Assembly: GCA_963667725.2 (NCBI GenBank)
Contig: CAXXHO010000005.1
Location: 608,001 to 672,000, forward strand
Origin: Treponemataceae bacterium
Lineage (GTDB): Bacteria > Spirochaetota > Spirochaetia > Treponematales > Rectinemataceae
Direction: 5' to 3'
Length of the DNA stretch: 64,000 nt
Both the position numbers and the translations under genes were made by a program. This document shows positions 29,416 through 38,704 of the stretch, one piece after another; position 1 is the first letter of the stretch, and every line of letters begins with the position of its first letter. Below the pieces are notes generated by a model that ran no database searches, was not told the origin of the DNA, and saw nothing but the letters and a program-made list of their open reading frames with translations.

Positions 29416-30724
29416 GCTTCTCAGCTTCTCCGTCGAGCATTTCAAACCGAGCGCCCACCTTGTTCATTATTTCATAGAAGCCAGGGAATGAGACACTACA
29501 GCATTCCGCATCGTTCACGATCACCGACCCATCCGTAATTGCCATCCCGCATACCGCCATCGCCATGGCAATCCGATGATCGTCATAGCTTTCCACGACG
29601 CCGCCGTGTAGCGGAAGTCCTCCGTGAATCTCGAGAAAGTCAGGCCCCTCTAAAAGCTCGGCGCCCAGTTTCTCTAACTCGCGCTTCATCAATGTGATTC
29701 TATCCGATTCCTTCAGACGACATACCCCAATATCGGTAAAGCGCGATACACCCTGAGCAAATGCGGCAACCACCGAAAGAACCGGAAGCGCGTCGGGAAA
29801 ATCCGAACAGGTCGCGGTTATTCCATGGAGAGCCGTTCCCCCTTTCACGGTGAGGCACTCGTTAACTTTATCCACGACGATATCAGCTCCCATTCTGCGC
29901 AATACATCCACGATCGCCTCATCACCCTGGCTTCCAGAACAATCGATATGGTCAATGCGGAGCGTCGATCCCGTCAATATAGCGGCAGCCAACGGAAACG
30001 CTATCCCTTCCCAATCGGAAGGAATAGCTCGCTCAAAACGTCTAAACTTTTTGGGGCCCTCGATTTCCAGCCATGATAGATTTTCTTTATCGTAGGCAAC
30101 ATCGATACCAACCGACCGCAGCCAATCTATGGTCATCTTCACAAATGGAATTTCTTTAGGCCTGGTAAGCTCGATGCGAGTCTTACCCGAAGTCAACGCT
30201 CCAGCCATGAGCAGGCCGCTGACATGCTGGGAGAGTTCTCCTTCCATGACTACCGTTCCACAGTGCACAGGCCCCTTCAGGATTACAGGCGGAGCGTTCA
30301 CGGTATCACGCGTAGTAAAGGCTTGGGCGCCTAATTGCCGCAACGCTGCCAGCTGATCGTTTATTGGACGGGTACATATGGACTTGTCTCCCGTAATCAC
30401 TGCCCATCCACGAATTGTTGAGACAATCCCGGTAAGGAAATGGAGCAAGGTGCCAGAATTCCCCACATCCAGCACGCACGATGGCTGCTTGAGGTTGCCG
30501 GCGATGCCGGTAACAAACCACCCCTCATCGGTAAAGCGTACTTTCGCGCCCAAATCTTGGATTACCCGCATGCATGACAAACAGTCGGCGCTTGGCAGAG
30601 GATTGATAATTTTCGATTCACCTTCAGCTAAAGCCGCGAACAGCCCCGCGCGAATGGTATGGCTCTTAGATCCAGGAACAGAAAGGCTTCCGGATATTTG
30701 TGTGGCAGTTGTCTTTATTTTCAT
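29408..30724 (-). CDS. aroA: 3-phosphoshikimate 1-carboxyvinyltransferase (EPSP synthase)-family protein
   Basis: PGSKS, GNSGT, RP, RLKESDRI, DHRIAM and SFPGF. Confidence 0.8.
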   Translation of the reverse strand: MKIKTTATQISGSLSVPGSKSHTIRAGLFAALAEGESKIINPLPSADCLSCMRVIQDLGAKVRFTDEGWFVTGIAGNLKQPSCVLDVGNSGTLLHFLTGIVSTIRGWAVITGDKSICTRPINDQLAALRQLGAQAFTTRDTVNAPPVILKGPVHCGTVVMEGELSQHVSGLLMAGALTSGKTRIELTRPKEIPFVKMTIDWLRSVGIDVAYDKENLSWLEIEGPKKFRRFERAIPSDWEGIAFPLAAAILTGSTLRIDHIDCSGSQGDEAIVDVLRRMGADIVVDKVNECLTVKGGTALHGITATCSDFPDALPVLSVVAAFAQGVSRFTDIGVCRLKESDRITLMKRELEKLGAELLEGPDFLEIHGGLPLHGGVVESYDDHRIAMAMAVCGMAITDGSVIVNDAECCSVSFPGFYEIMNKVGARFEMLDGEAEKHV

Positions 30725-32226
30725 GCGTGTCCTCTCGTCAGGCGTTTCATCGCGCCATGCAGCGCCTTATTTATAATTGGGATATTTCCTGCAAGCGAGA
30801 ATAACGTTAGCAAAATTAAAATGATGGTAATCGGGTGAATGAAGGTGTTAGCGAATGGATTCTCGCTGCCAATAGCCAGCGACATCGCCCTACGGAAGTT
30901 ATTATCCATAAGCGTCCCCAGCACCATTCCCAACACCATCGCGGCTGGCGAGTATCCATGGTCTTTCATATAATATCCGATCACGCCAAATACAATCATC
31001 ACAAATACTTCATACATACTATTCGTATTTGCATAGGCGCCAACAATGCACAACACCATTATGATTGGAAACAGCACTTTTTTCGAGATCTTTACTACCC
31101 TGGCTAGAAGCGGCGCGGTCGTGTAGCCAAGCAATAGCAGGAATACGCACCCCAGCAATCCGCCAGCAACGATAACATTGAATAATTCCGGAGTCTGCGT
31201 GAACAGCAGCGGCCCCGGCACCAAACCGTGGATATAGAATACGGATAATATGATCATGGTCACCGAATCGCCAGGGATCCCCAACGCGAGCATAGGGATC
31301 AAGGCGCCGCCAATTACCGCGTTATTCGCGGTCTCGCTAGCGATGACCCCTTCGATCGCTCCTTCACCAAAAGGCACGGAAGGATGCTTTACCGTCCGCT
31401 TAGCGTTATCGTAAGAGAGCAAGGCGGCAATAGGAGCCCCAGCCCCAGGCAGGATACCCACGAAGATGCCGATTATCGAAGCGCGAATAGCAAGCTTCCA
31501 TTGTCGCAATATCGGCTTTAGCTCAAATCCTTTTTTGCTGATTTTTAGGATTTCCGCCTTCAAGCCTATCTCGTTGATTTGTCCTAATACTTCGGAGAAA
31601 CCAAATAGGCCAATCAAAGCAGGAATGACGGGAATACCCGATACCAGCGACTGTATCCCAAACGTGAATCGCGGGAGGCCCATAATCGGATCGATACCCA
31701 CCGTACTCAACAAAACACCGAGTATGGCACAGATTAATCCTTTCAAAAAGTTCTTGGAGGCTATCGATCCTACTGTCGTCAATCCAAAAACTGAAAGAAG
31801 GAAATAATCCATCGGCGAAAACCGCAGAGCGATCATGGACATCGGCCTTGCGATCAGGATAAGCGCCACGATTCCAGCGACACTACCGAAGGTGGATGCT
31901 ATAACGGCTGCCATTATAGCGGTCTTTGCCTTTCCTTGTTTTGCCAAGGGATACCCGTCCAGCGTTGTCGCCACGGCGGACGGAGCTCCTGGGATGTTCA
32001 TCAAAATGGCGGTCACTGCGCCGGCGTAACAGGCGAGCACATACACTCCCATGATCAATGCCAGAGCGTCGGTTGTCGCCCAGGTATATGAGATAGAGAC
32101 TACCAAAGCCACACCCGTGATCGCCGAAAGCCCCGGCAATGCTCCGACAAGCAATCCAAGCACAGAACCAATGCCAACATAAAGGATGAACCGAACATCC
32201 ATGACAGAAAGTATCTGCAGCACCAT
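30721..32226 (-). CDS. tctA: tripartite tricarboxylate transporter, large permease
   Basis: GALPGL, NIPGAP, TTLDGYP, ETANNA and LALGIPGD. Confidence 0.92.
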   Translation of the reverse strand: MVLQILSVMDVRFILYVGIGSVLGLLVGALPGLSAITGVALVVSISYTWATTDALALIMGVYVLACYAGAVTAILMNIPGAPSAVATTLDGYPLAKQGKAKTAIMAAVIASTFGSVAGIVALILIARPMSMIALRFSPMDYFLLSVFGLTTVGSIASKNFLKGLICAILGVLLSTVGIDPIMGLPRFTFGIQSLVSGIPVIPALIGLFGFSEVLGQINEIGLKAEILKISKKGFELKPILRQWKLAIRASIIGIFVGILPGAGAPIAALLSYDNAKRTVKHPSVPFGEGAIEGVIASETANNAVIGGALIPMLALGIPGDSVTMIILSVFYIHGLVPGPLLFTQTPELFNVIVAGGLLGCVFLLLLGYTTAPLLARVVKISKKVLFPIIMVLCIVGAYANTNSMYEVFVMIVFGVIGYYMKDHGYSPAAMVLGMVLGTLMDNNFRRAMSLAIGSENPFANTFIHPITIILILLTLFSLAGNIPIINKALHGAMKRLTRGHA

Positions 32227-32250
32227 GTTCCCCTATAATTTTAGCTGTTT

Positions 32251-32712
32251 TCAGGCTAGATATACCTGTAATCCTATATTGAACACCACGTAAATTGTCA
32301 GGCTGGTGAGAATCGGCACGAGCACTAACATCCACCATCTGCGTTCGTTTAATAGAAGCATCACTACAAACACATACGCAGCGGTCGATATAATAAATCC
32401 GGAGAACATCATCAGAACGCCATATCCTATCGTAAGCAAGACCATCACGATCGTCTTTGTATTCTTACGTGCGCGGGCAGGCATGGGGGATGAAGAACTA
32501 GCGTTTTCAATGGTTTTTGGCGTAAGCTTCCGAATCTCTTGAAAAAACATAATAGCGGATAATAGAATAAGTAGGCATCCCATAATAAAAGGAAACAATC
32601 CCGGCGAGAGCGACCAATTGCCATAGCTGCCCATAGACAATGACATAATGGCTACAACAACACCAACAACAACCAGACAAGTGCTCTCAATGACGGCTTG
32701 AAATCTTCTCAT
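32251..32712 (-). CDS. tctB: tripartite tricarboxylate transporter, small subunit
   Basis: Four TM helices, SPGLFP and GFIIST. Lies between tctC and tctA. The start is uncertain. Confidence 0.8.
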   Translation of the reverse strand: MRRFQAVIESTCLVVVGVVVAIMSLSMGSYGNWSLSPGLFPFIMGCLLILLSAIMFFQEIRKLTPKTIENASSSSPMPARARKNTKTIVMVLLTIGYGVLMMFSGFIISTAAYVFVVMLLLNERRWWMLVLVPILTSLTIYVVFNIGLQVYLA

Positions 32713-32728
32713 CACAACCCCACAACAC

Positions 32729-32754
32729 GCGGTACAGGGATTCCCCTGTACCGC
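32729..32754. other. intercistronic stem-loop after tctC
   Basis: Perfect 11-bp stem GCGGTACAGGG-ATTC-CCCTGTACCGC. Confidence 0.65.
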
Positions 32755-32772
32755 TATAGCGATTTTACGCAT

Positions 32773-33780
32773 TTATTTTCGAGGAATGCCAAATTTTTCC
32801 GGGCTGTCCTTAGTGACGCCAGCATCATGCAAAAGCCAGCATACACGCGATGACCAATCTTTCCAGTATTCATTGACCGCGTCGCCAGTGATTTCATGAA
32901 GCGTGTTATACGCTCTTGCGGCAAGGAACTCAGTCCAGACAGGGTCTTGGATCGCTTTTTTTGAGGCTTCTATCAGGATGTCTTTCACATGCTGAGGCGT
33001 GCCGGCGGGAACTAGCACGCAATTTGGAAAGCCTAAAGGTAAATATTTTTTTGAGTCCGAAACCACTTCGGTGAACGCTGGAACATCAGGAAGCCGCTTC
33101 GCTCGTTTATCGGTGAACACCGCGAGGGCTCGGAGATCGCCCGAATCAAGATAACCGAAAGTCGTGGTCAAATTGGCGAAGGTAAAGTCCACTTGTCCGC
33201 CCATTACCGCGGTCATGCCAGCCGAACCGCCGCCGAATGGCGTCATCGATGTCTCAAACCCCATTTTCTTAAGTAACAAACCCTGAATATGCCCCGACGC
33301 ACCCGGACCGGAATATGCCATCTTAATTTTTCCGGGGTTGGCCTTGATCGCGGAAATCAAGTCGCCGAGCGTTTTGTAAGGAGAATTGCCCTTAACCACG
33401 ATCGCTTTCGTATCTTCCACCATCATTATGATGCCATCAAAAGCGGAGAACGACACATTGCCGATTCCCATCACTTCGAAAGTCCCCGGCGTCTCGGCGG
33501 AGAACAACACAGTATATCCATCTGCCGGCCTTTGGGCAGCGTACAATGTCCCGATGGAACCCGAAGCTCCCGGCTTATTTAGCACCACAATGGGCACTGA
33601 TAGATAGTTTTTTAATGCTTGGACATAGGTACGAGCAACGATATCCGTTCCATCGCCTGGATTCCATGGCACGATCAAATTGATCGCCTTTGTCGGGTAG
33701 TTTATGGTACCCTTGGTCTGGGCTGACACAGCGGCGAACGCGCAAAGCAACGTCAAACACACCAACAAACCCTTTTTCAA
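32773..33780 (-). CDS. tctC: tripartite tricarboxylate transporter, substrate-binding protein
   Basis: YPTKAINLIVPW.PG.GTD, NKPGASG, PADGYT and PF.GG. TTG start after AAGGAGG. Confidence 0.9.
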   Translation of the reverse strand: MKKGLLVCLTLLCAFAAVSAQTKGTINYPTKAINLIVPWNPGDGTDIVARTYVQALKNYLSVPIVVLNKPGASGSIGTLYAAQRPADGYTVLFSAETPGTFEVMGIGNVSFSAFDGIIMMVEDTKAIVVKGNSPYKTLGDLISAIKANPGKIKMAYSGPGASGHIQGLLLKKMGFETSMTPFGGGSAGMTAVMGGQVDFTFANLTTTFGYLDSGDLRALAVFTDKRAKRLPDVPAFTEVVSDSKKYLPLGFPNCVLVPAGTPQHVKDILIEASKKAIQDPVWTEFLAARAYNTLHEITGDAVNEYWKDWSSRVCWLLHDAGVTKDSPEKFGIPRK

Positions 33781-33834
33781 AATGAATTCCTCCTTGCTCA
33801 TGCGAATCAGCGCATGAGAAAACTCACCTATATG

Positions 33835-34020
33835 AGTTTAGGGGGATTATGCTTTCCTGTCAAGCAAAATATTTCATTTAATTAGCATTATGCATTTACA
33901 TATGAAATATATTGCAATAATAAATATTAATATTTAATTATTATATATTATATATATATTTATATAAGTTCATGCTGCAGAATATCATGCTATTGACAAG
34001 GCTGTAATCCATTCTATACT
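33835..34020. promoter_or_regulatory. divergent promoters in a very AT-rich spacer
   Basis: Minus-strand TTGACA-17-TAAACT (33863-33835) and plus-strand TTGACA-16-TATACT (33993-34020). Confidence 0.6.
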
Positions 34021-34125
34021 CTTGGTTTGAACTAGTTTATTAACAATATTTGATCATTAATGCATACTTTACTGAAATTATTTTCAGTAAAGTATGTCCA
34101 AATGGAAAAGGATGCATCATATAAT

Positions 34126-35379
34126 ATGAAACGATCTGAAGTCATCAGAAACACCATGTTTGCGTTCCTCGTGATCTCCTACTTCTTTTCCTACTTTTTC
34201 CGTGTATCCACCTCAGTGGTGTTGCCAATCCTGCAACAGGAATGGGGTTTTAGCGCGGCCTTGGCTGGGTTTATCTCTAGCATGTACTTCTATACCTATG
34301 CCATGATGCAACCTCTATGCGGGATGCTGAATGACAAGATCGGTCCCACCTTAGTGGTGGGCGTCGGCATTATCATAACAAGCATAGGATCCATAATTTT
34401 CGGTTTGGGAAATTTTCCTGCAGCGCTTGTTGTCGGCCGACTTCTGATGGGCATCGGATTATCCCCCATGTTGAGCGGATTATTAGTATATCAAAGCACG
34501 AACTTTTCCACTGCGCGTTATACATCGCTATCCGGACTTTCCATGATGGTAGGAAACATGGGGGCGGTGTTTTCGGTAGCTCCTTTATCGCTCGCCATAC
34601 ATCATTGGGGACGCCTGACGGTGTTCTCTAGCTTAAGCCTCGCCACATTAGCCATAGCGGCGGTCCTGCTTGCTTATAGTCTCTCAAGAGCGCGCGCTCC
34701 CCATAACGGCGCTTCATTCAGATCGCTCCTCGCGTCGCAATTCCGCATGGCTTTCTCTACCGTCAAAGCCTCGCGCGAAATCAAGCTGATCACCATGATA
34801 TGGATGGTATCTTTCGGCGCACTCATGTCCTTCCAAGGGCTATGGGCGGTCTCTTGGTTTTCAGCCGCCTACCCTCGGGACGCCGGGCTTGCCAGCCTCA
34901 GCGCAACGATGATCGGCATTGGCGTAATGGCGGGGAATATTATTGGTGGCGCGCTAGGGAAAGTGCCTTCGAAACGACACAGGATTGTTAGCGCGTGTGT
35001 CTATCTTACCGCAACGATGTGGGTATTGGTCATCCTCTGTTTCTGGCGACAAGCCCCCCTCGCGTTGACAGTGGCTGCGGCGACATTCCTAGGCATCACC
35101 AATGGTGTCTCCTTTGTGCAATTCACCGCTGCGATCAATGATCTGGCTCCGGTAGGACAAGGCGGTTCCGTGTTCGGGATCACTAATTTCTTCACCTTCA
35201 CCTGCGTGATCCTTTTCCAGTGGGGGACTGGATCACTCATCGGATGGTTTGGCCATCAAATGGGTTCAGCAGAAGCCTATCTTTCAACATTCCTGATCGT
35301 GACGCTCAGTATGGTTATTCCCTGTGTTGCGGCGGCCATACTCGCACCGTTTTCCCGTGTAGCCATGCCTAAGGCCTAA
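34126..35379 (+). CDS. MFS transporter
   Basis: About 12 TM helices, GMLNDKIGP motif A and GRLLMG. The start could lie further upstream, up to 34060. Confidence 0.88.
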   Translation: MKRSEVIRNTMFAFLVISYFFSYFFRVSTSVVLPILQQEWGFSAALAGFISSMYFYTYAMMQPLCGMLNDKIGPTLVVGVGIIITSIGSIIFGLGNFPAALVVGRLLMGIGLSPMLSGLLVYQSTNFSTARYTSLSGLSMMVGNMGAVFSVAPLSLAIHHWGRLTVFSSLSLATLAIAAVLLAYSLSRARAPHNGASFRSLLASQFRMAFSTVKASREIKLITMIWMVSFGALMSFQGLWAVSWFSAAYPRDAGLASLSATMIGIGVMAGNIIGGALGKVPSKRHRIVSACVYLTATMWVLVILCFWRQAPLALTVAAATFLGITNGVSFVQFTAAINDLAPVGQGGSVFGITNFFTFTCVILFQWGTGSLIGWFGHQMGSAEAYLSTFLIVTLSMVIPCVAAAILAPFSRVAMPKA

Positions 35380-35439
35380 ATCCTTGCACACACTGCATCA
35401 TGTCTAACCACGAAGACTGGTTATTGGGTACATATCTCT

Positions 35440-36516
35440 CTATTTACGTATTGAAGTGCTACCGCGTGGCACAATCGTCACATCAAACACAATGTCCTGA
35501 ACATTTTCATGTTTAATCATGCGGTTGAGGATATCAACCGAGCTTTCGCCCATCCTCCTGGACGGCTGTTCAACACTGGTGAGTTGCGGGTCGGTGAATC
35601 GCGCTAGTTCGCTATTGTCCCAGCTCATCACCGAGATATCGCGCGGTACGCTGAAGCCGTGCGTTTTATAGGTGTCAAGAACCCCTGATGCCATAGTGTC
35701 GGACGTGGCGATGATCCCATCAATAGCAGGCGCTTTGCCAATAAGCTCAGCGGCTGCCATCTTTCCGCCTTCAAAACTCCATGGGGCAATAGCCACAAGC
35801 AATGGATCGTATGGTATTTTAAATTCAGCGAGCGCCTTAAGGTATCCTCTAAAACGGTCAAGGCTGGCGAATCCACCCAAGGTCGCGGGATCCTTAACAA
35901 GCTCGACAATGTCCATGCCTCCAAAAGGGAACTCCCACACCCCAATAATAAACCCGATATTTTTCCTTCCCAAGCTAAGCATATAGCGAGTAGCTACATA
36001 TCCCCCAGTGATGTTGTCGGTATAGACATGAGGTTTGCCAGGAAGAACGTTGCGCCTTGCCACGACTACCGTCGGTATATCCTTGAACAGGTCTAGCTCA
36101 GGAGGATTCGCTCCCTCCCAAGAGGCAACAGGTACATAGAGCAACCCTTCCAAGTGGAGATGGGACATCTGGCCAAGCAACTGACGCTCATCGGTACGGC
36201 TTCGGCTTGCCGAAGCCACCACGATCATATAACCATGCGACCTAGCCACTTCCATGGCTCCCGCTGCGATAGTGGCAAAGTAGTTATGCTCAATATCGGG
36301 AACAATCAATCCTATTGTCCTTGTATCGATATCCTTCGTTTGCCGTAGGTGAGCGGTGCTGTACCCAGCCCAGTCTTTCTTTCTAAGAACCTTCTCGATA
36401 CTTTTAGCTGATTCCTGCCTTATAAGCGTACCGCTGAGGTATCGAGAAACCGTCGCAACAGATACATTCGCTTCTTGAGCGATATCCTTTAGTCGTACCT
36501 GACCTTTTCGGCTCAT
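35440..36516 (-). CDS. LacI-family transcriptional regulator
   Basis: LKDIAQEANVSVATVSR, IGLIVPD, VP.DISV and PQLTSV.Q. Confidence 0.92.
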   Translation of the reverse strand: MSRKGQVRLKDIAQEANVSVATVSRYLSGTLIRQESAKSIEKVLRKKDWAGYSTAHLRQTKDIDTRTIGLIVPDIEHNYFATIAAGAMEVARSHGYMIVVASASRSRTDERQLLGQMSHLHLEGLLYVPVASWEGANPPELDLFKDIPTVVVARRNVLPGKPHVYTDNITGGYVATRYMLSLGRKNIGFIIGVWEFPFGGMDIVELVKDPATLGGFASLDRFRGYLKALAEFKIPYDPLLVAIAPWSFEGGKMAAAELIGKAPAIDGIIATSDTMASGVLDTYKTHGFSVPRDISVMSWDNSELARFTDPQLTSVEQPSRRMGESSVDILNRMIKHENVQDIVFDVTIVPRGSTSIRK

Positions 36517-36862
36517 GCAAACTCCATATCATGCATTCATTGGGGATCAAAGGACTTGTCTCGGTCAGCTCATGAAAGCACGCAGCTGAATGAAACTATT
36601 TTCAATCAACTGAATATTATTTCAATAATATAATAAACACAAGAACTTAATGCATAACTTCCGCGTATAACATGGGGATAATGGTGTCATCTGGATTTCG
36701 TGAAAAATTAAAAAATCTATCCTCTGGCAGAATCAAGGCAGCGAGGTCGCAAGCGAGAGTTGTCAAATCCTTGTCTACAGGGACAGCAACGAAGGTTCGT
36801 TCGGCCACCTCGATCGGCCTAAAGCCATTTCAATGAGTTAACCGACGGCCGATACGGTGTCT

Positions 36863-37426
36863 CTAGATGGACCAAACATCGCTGGCTGACCGCACGATTC
36901 CATCCGTGGCAGCCGCGCTTTCCGCCAACGCGTTAATCCGCGAGAAGACCTCGCAGGTATAGCAGTACCGCTCGCCGATCCCGGAAGCTTTCGCGGAGGC
37001 GCAGAGACCGCCCGTGAAAAACCAGCAGAAGTGGCCTTCGCCCGTCACGTAGGCGATACATTCCTTGCGCGACTCATCGGAACAGGACTTCATCGACCAG
37101 CAGGGGTTTTCGTGGGCAAAAGACTTTTCGTTCAGTTTGAAAAGGAGGAAGTAGAGCATTCTCTCGACGTTCGAAGGAACCTTGCGCCAGCCCTGCTCAT
37201 AGCTTTCCACCGCCTTGGGCGATATGCCGAGAAGGCGCGCCAGCTCGCGCTGACTTTTTCCGAGAAGCGCCCTTGCCCTGGTGAATCCCGCCTTGTCCAT
37301 GGGACGGAGCTCGGGAAGCGCGCCAGCAGTCGGGATAGCGCCCCTTTCGGGACTCGCTTCAGGGTTTTTCTCAGAGCCAGTTTTAAAACCTATGTTAATA
37401 CCCACGTTGTCGCCAGCCTTTCCCAT
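36863..37426 (-). CDS. XRE-type HTH regulator with a Cys-rich 'two-CW' C-terminal domain
   Basis: HTH SQRELARLLGISPKAVESYEQGWR, then CW..K.C......C.AY......CW...G..C...........C..C. The start is likely ATG 37426. Confidence 0.8.
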   Translation of the reverse strand: MGKAGDNVGINIGFKTGSEKNPEASPERGAIPTAGALPELRPMDKAGFTRARALLGKSQRELARLLGISPKAVESYEQGWRKVPSNVERMLYFLLFKLNEKSFAHENPCWSMKSCSDESRKECIAYVTGEGHFCWFFTGGLCASAKASGIGERYCYTCEVFSRINALAESAAATDGIVRSASDVWSI

Positions 37427-37440
37427 GATCGCAGCCCCCC

Positions 37441-37485
37441 ATAGCGCTACCACTGCGTGGTATTACCACTGCGTGGTAGTGCTAT
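37441..37485. promoter_or_regulatory. tandem operator dyads, TACCAC-TGC-GTGGTA twice
   Basis: ATAGCGC TACCACTGCGTGGTA T TACCACTGCGTGGTA GTGCTAT, between a possible promoter and the regulator start codon. Confidence 0.65.
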
Positions 37486-37541
37486 TCTCACACCGATTGG
37501 AGGGCTTGATCAAGAGCGCGGCGACAAGGACGAAGGCCCGC

Positions 37542-38345
37542 TCAGAAAGCCGGGACCACCCCGCCGCCATAGGTCTTGAGAATGAAATCCTTCACTTTCT
37601 GCGAGGTGAGCGCCTTCGCAAGCGCCACGATGCGCGGATCCTTCGTCTCGCCCTTCCTCACCACGAGAATGTTGGCGTAAGGGGAGTCCCCGCCCTCGAG
37701 GAGAAGCGAATCCTTCACCGGGTTGAAGCCAGCCTGCAGCGCGTAGTTACCGTTGATGATGGCTCCCGCCACGTCCAGGAGCGTGCGCGGAAGCTGCGGC
37801 GCCTCGATCTCCTTAAACTGGAACTTCTTGGGATTCTCGGCGATGTCCCTCGTCGTCGCCTCAAGACCGGCATTGGCCCTGAGCTTGATCAGTCCCTTGG
37901 ACTGGAGGAATATCAGCGCCCGCCCCTCGTTGGTCGGATCATTGGGAATCGCTATCATCGCGCCAGCGGGAAAGTCGGAAACCTTCTTGTATTTCTTGGA
38001 ATAAAGCCCGAGCGGCTCGACATGGACGGCCACGGCGCTTTCAAGGTCGAGTTTGCGCGCCGACGCGAAGGCCTCGAGGTAGGGAAGGTGCTGGAAAAAG
38101 TTGGCGTCCAGCTGCTTCTCCGCCAGGGCGATGTTCGGCGTGACATAGTCGGAGAATTCGACGATATCGAGCTTGATGCCCTGGACGGCGAGATCGGCCT
38201 TGATCACGTTGAGAATCTCGGCATGGGGAACGGCGGTCGCTCCGACCTTGAGACTGGTCTGGGCGGCGCCTTGGGCCGCGCCCTGCGCGATCGCCGTGAG
38301 GGCGATGACGCCGGCAATGAGTATCCTGAAAAATCCGCGGTTCAT
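37542..38345 (-). CDS. metQ: MetQ/NlpA-family methionine ABC transporter substrate-binding protein
   Basis: VGAT.VPHAEIL, FSDYV.PN, DANFFQH.PYL, PNDPTNEGRAL and SPYANI. Confidence 0.93.
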   Translation of the reverse strand: MNRGFFRILIAGVIALTAIAQGAAQGAAQTSLKVGATAVPHAEILNVIKADLAVQGIKLDIVEFSDYVTPNIALAEKQLDANFFQHLPYLEAFASARKLDLESAVAVHVEPLGLYSKKYKKVSDFPAGAMIAIPNDPTNEGRALIFLQSKGLIKLRANAGLEATTRDIAENPKKFQFKEIEAPQLPRTLLDVAGAIINGNYALQAGFNPVKDSLLLEGGDSPYANILVVRKGETKDPRIVALAKALTSQKVKDFILKTYGGGVVPAF

Positions 38346-38430
38346 GTGAACCTCCTGGGGTGAGTTATCGATGCCTCAAGGCATCGCGTGGAGACTGGGG
38401 TGAGGATATGATCTTTCTGGAGAAGCTGGT

Positions 38431-38526
38431 TTAGATGAGGGAGATAGCGCGCGCCTTGCGCCCGGCGGATTGCGGCCCGAGATGGCCGCTCCGCATGAAA
38501 CATACGAACAGTCTATGCGCTTTCAT
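38431..38526 (-). CDS. putative 31-aa leader peptide upstream of metQ
   Basis: MKAHRLFVCFMRSGHLGPQSAGRKARAISLI*, just downstream of TTGACA-18-CATTCT. Confidence 0.4.
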   Translation of the reverse strand: MKAHRLFVCFMRSGHLGPQSAGRKARAISLI

Positions 38527-38593
38527 GGTTTCTCTTGGCGGCTAGAATGCCGTATCGGCCATGTTTCTGTCAATCAGTATTTCGCGTTAAAAG

Positions 38594-38630
38594 AAAGGCT
38601 GTCCGGGAAGCGATTCCGGGACAGCCTTTT
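38594..38630 (-). terminator. intrinsic terminator after the flavoprotein gene
   Basis: AAAGGCTGTCCGGGAA-GCGA-TTCCGGGACAGCCTTT. Confidence 0.7.
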
Positions 38631-38704
38631 ACAGACGGTGAAGACTAAGCTGGAAAAAATCCCGGCCGGCTAAACCAAAAATCTATCGAAGAATCATTCC
38701 AAGA

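Larger units (their letters stand above)
27856..36860. other. low-GC accessory island, probably horizontally acquired
   Basis: Abrupt drop in GC and many A/T-ending codons relative to the flanks, judged by eye. No mobility gene seen. Boundaries are approximate. Confidence 0.7.

Noticed and set aside
27856..36860. Island as an IS, prophage or integrative element
   Set aside because: No integrase, transposase, tRNA target or flanking direct repeat was found. It is kept only as a compositional island.
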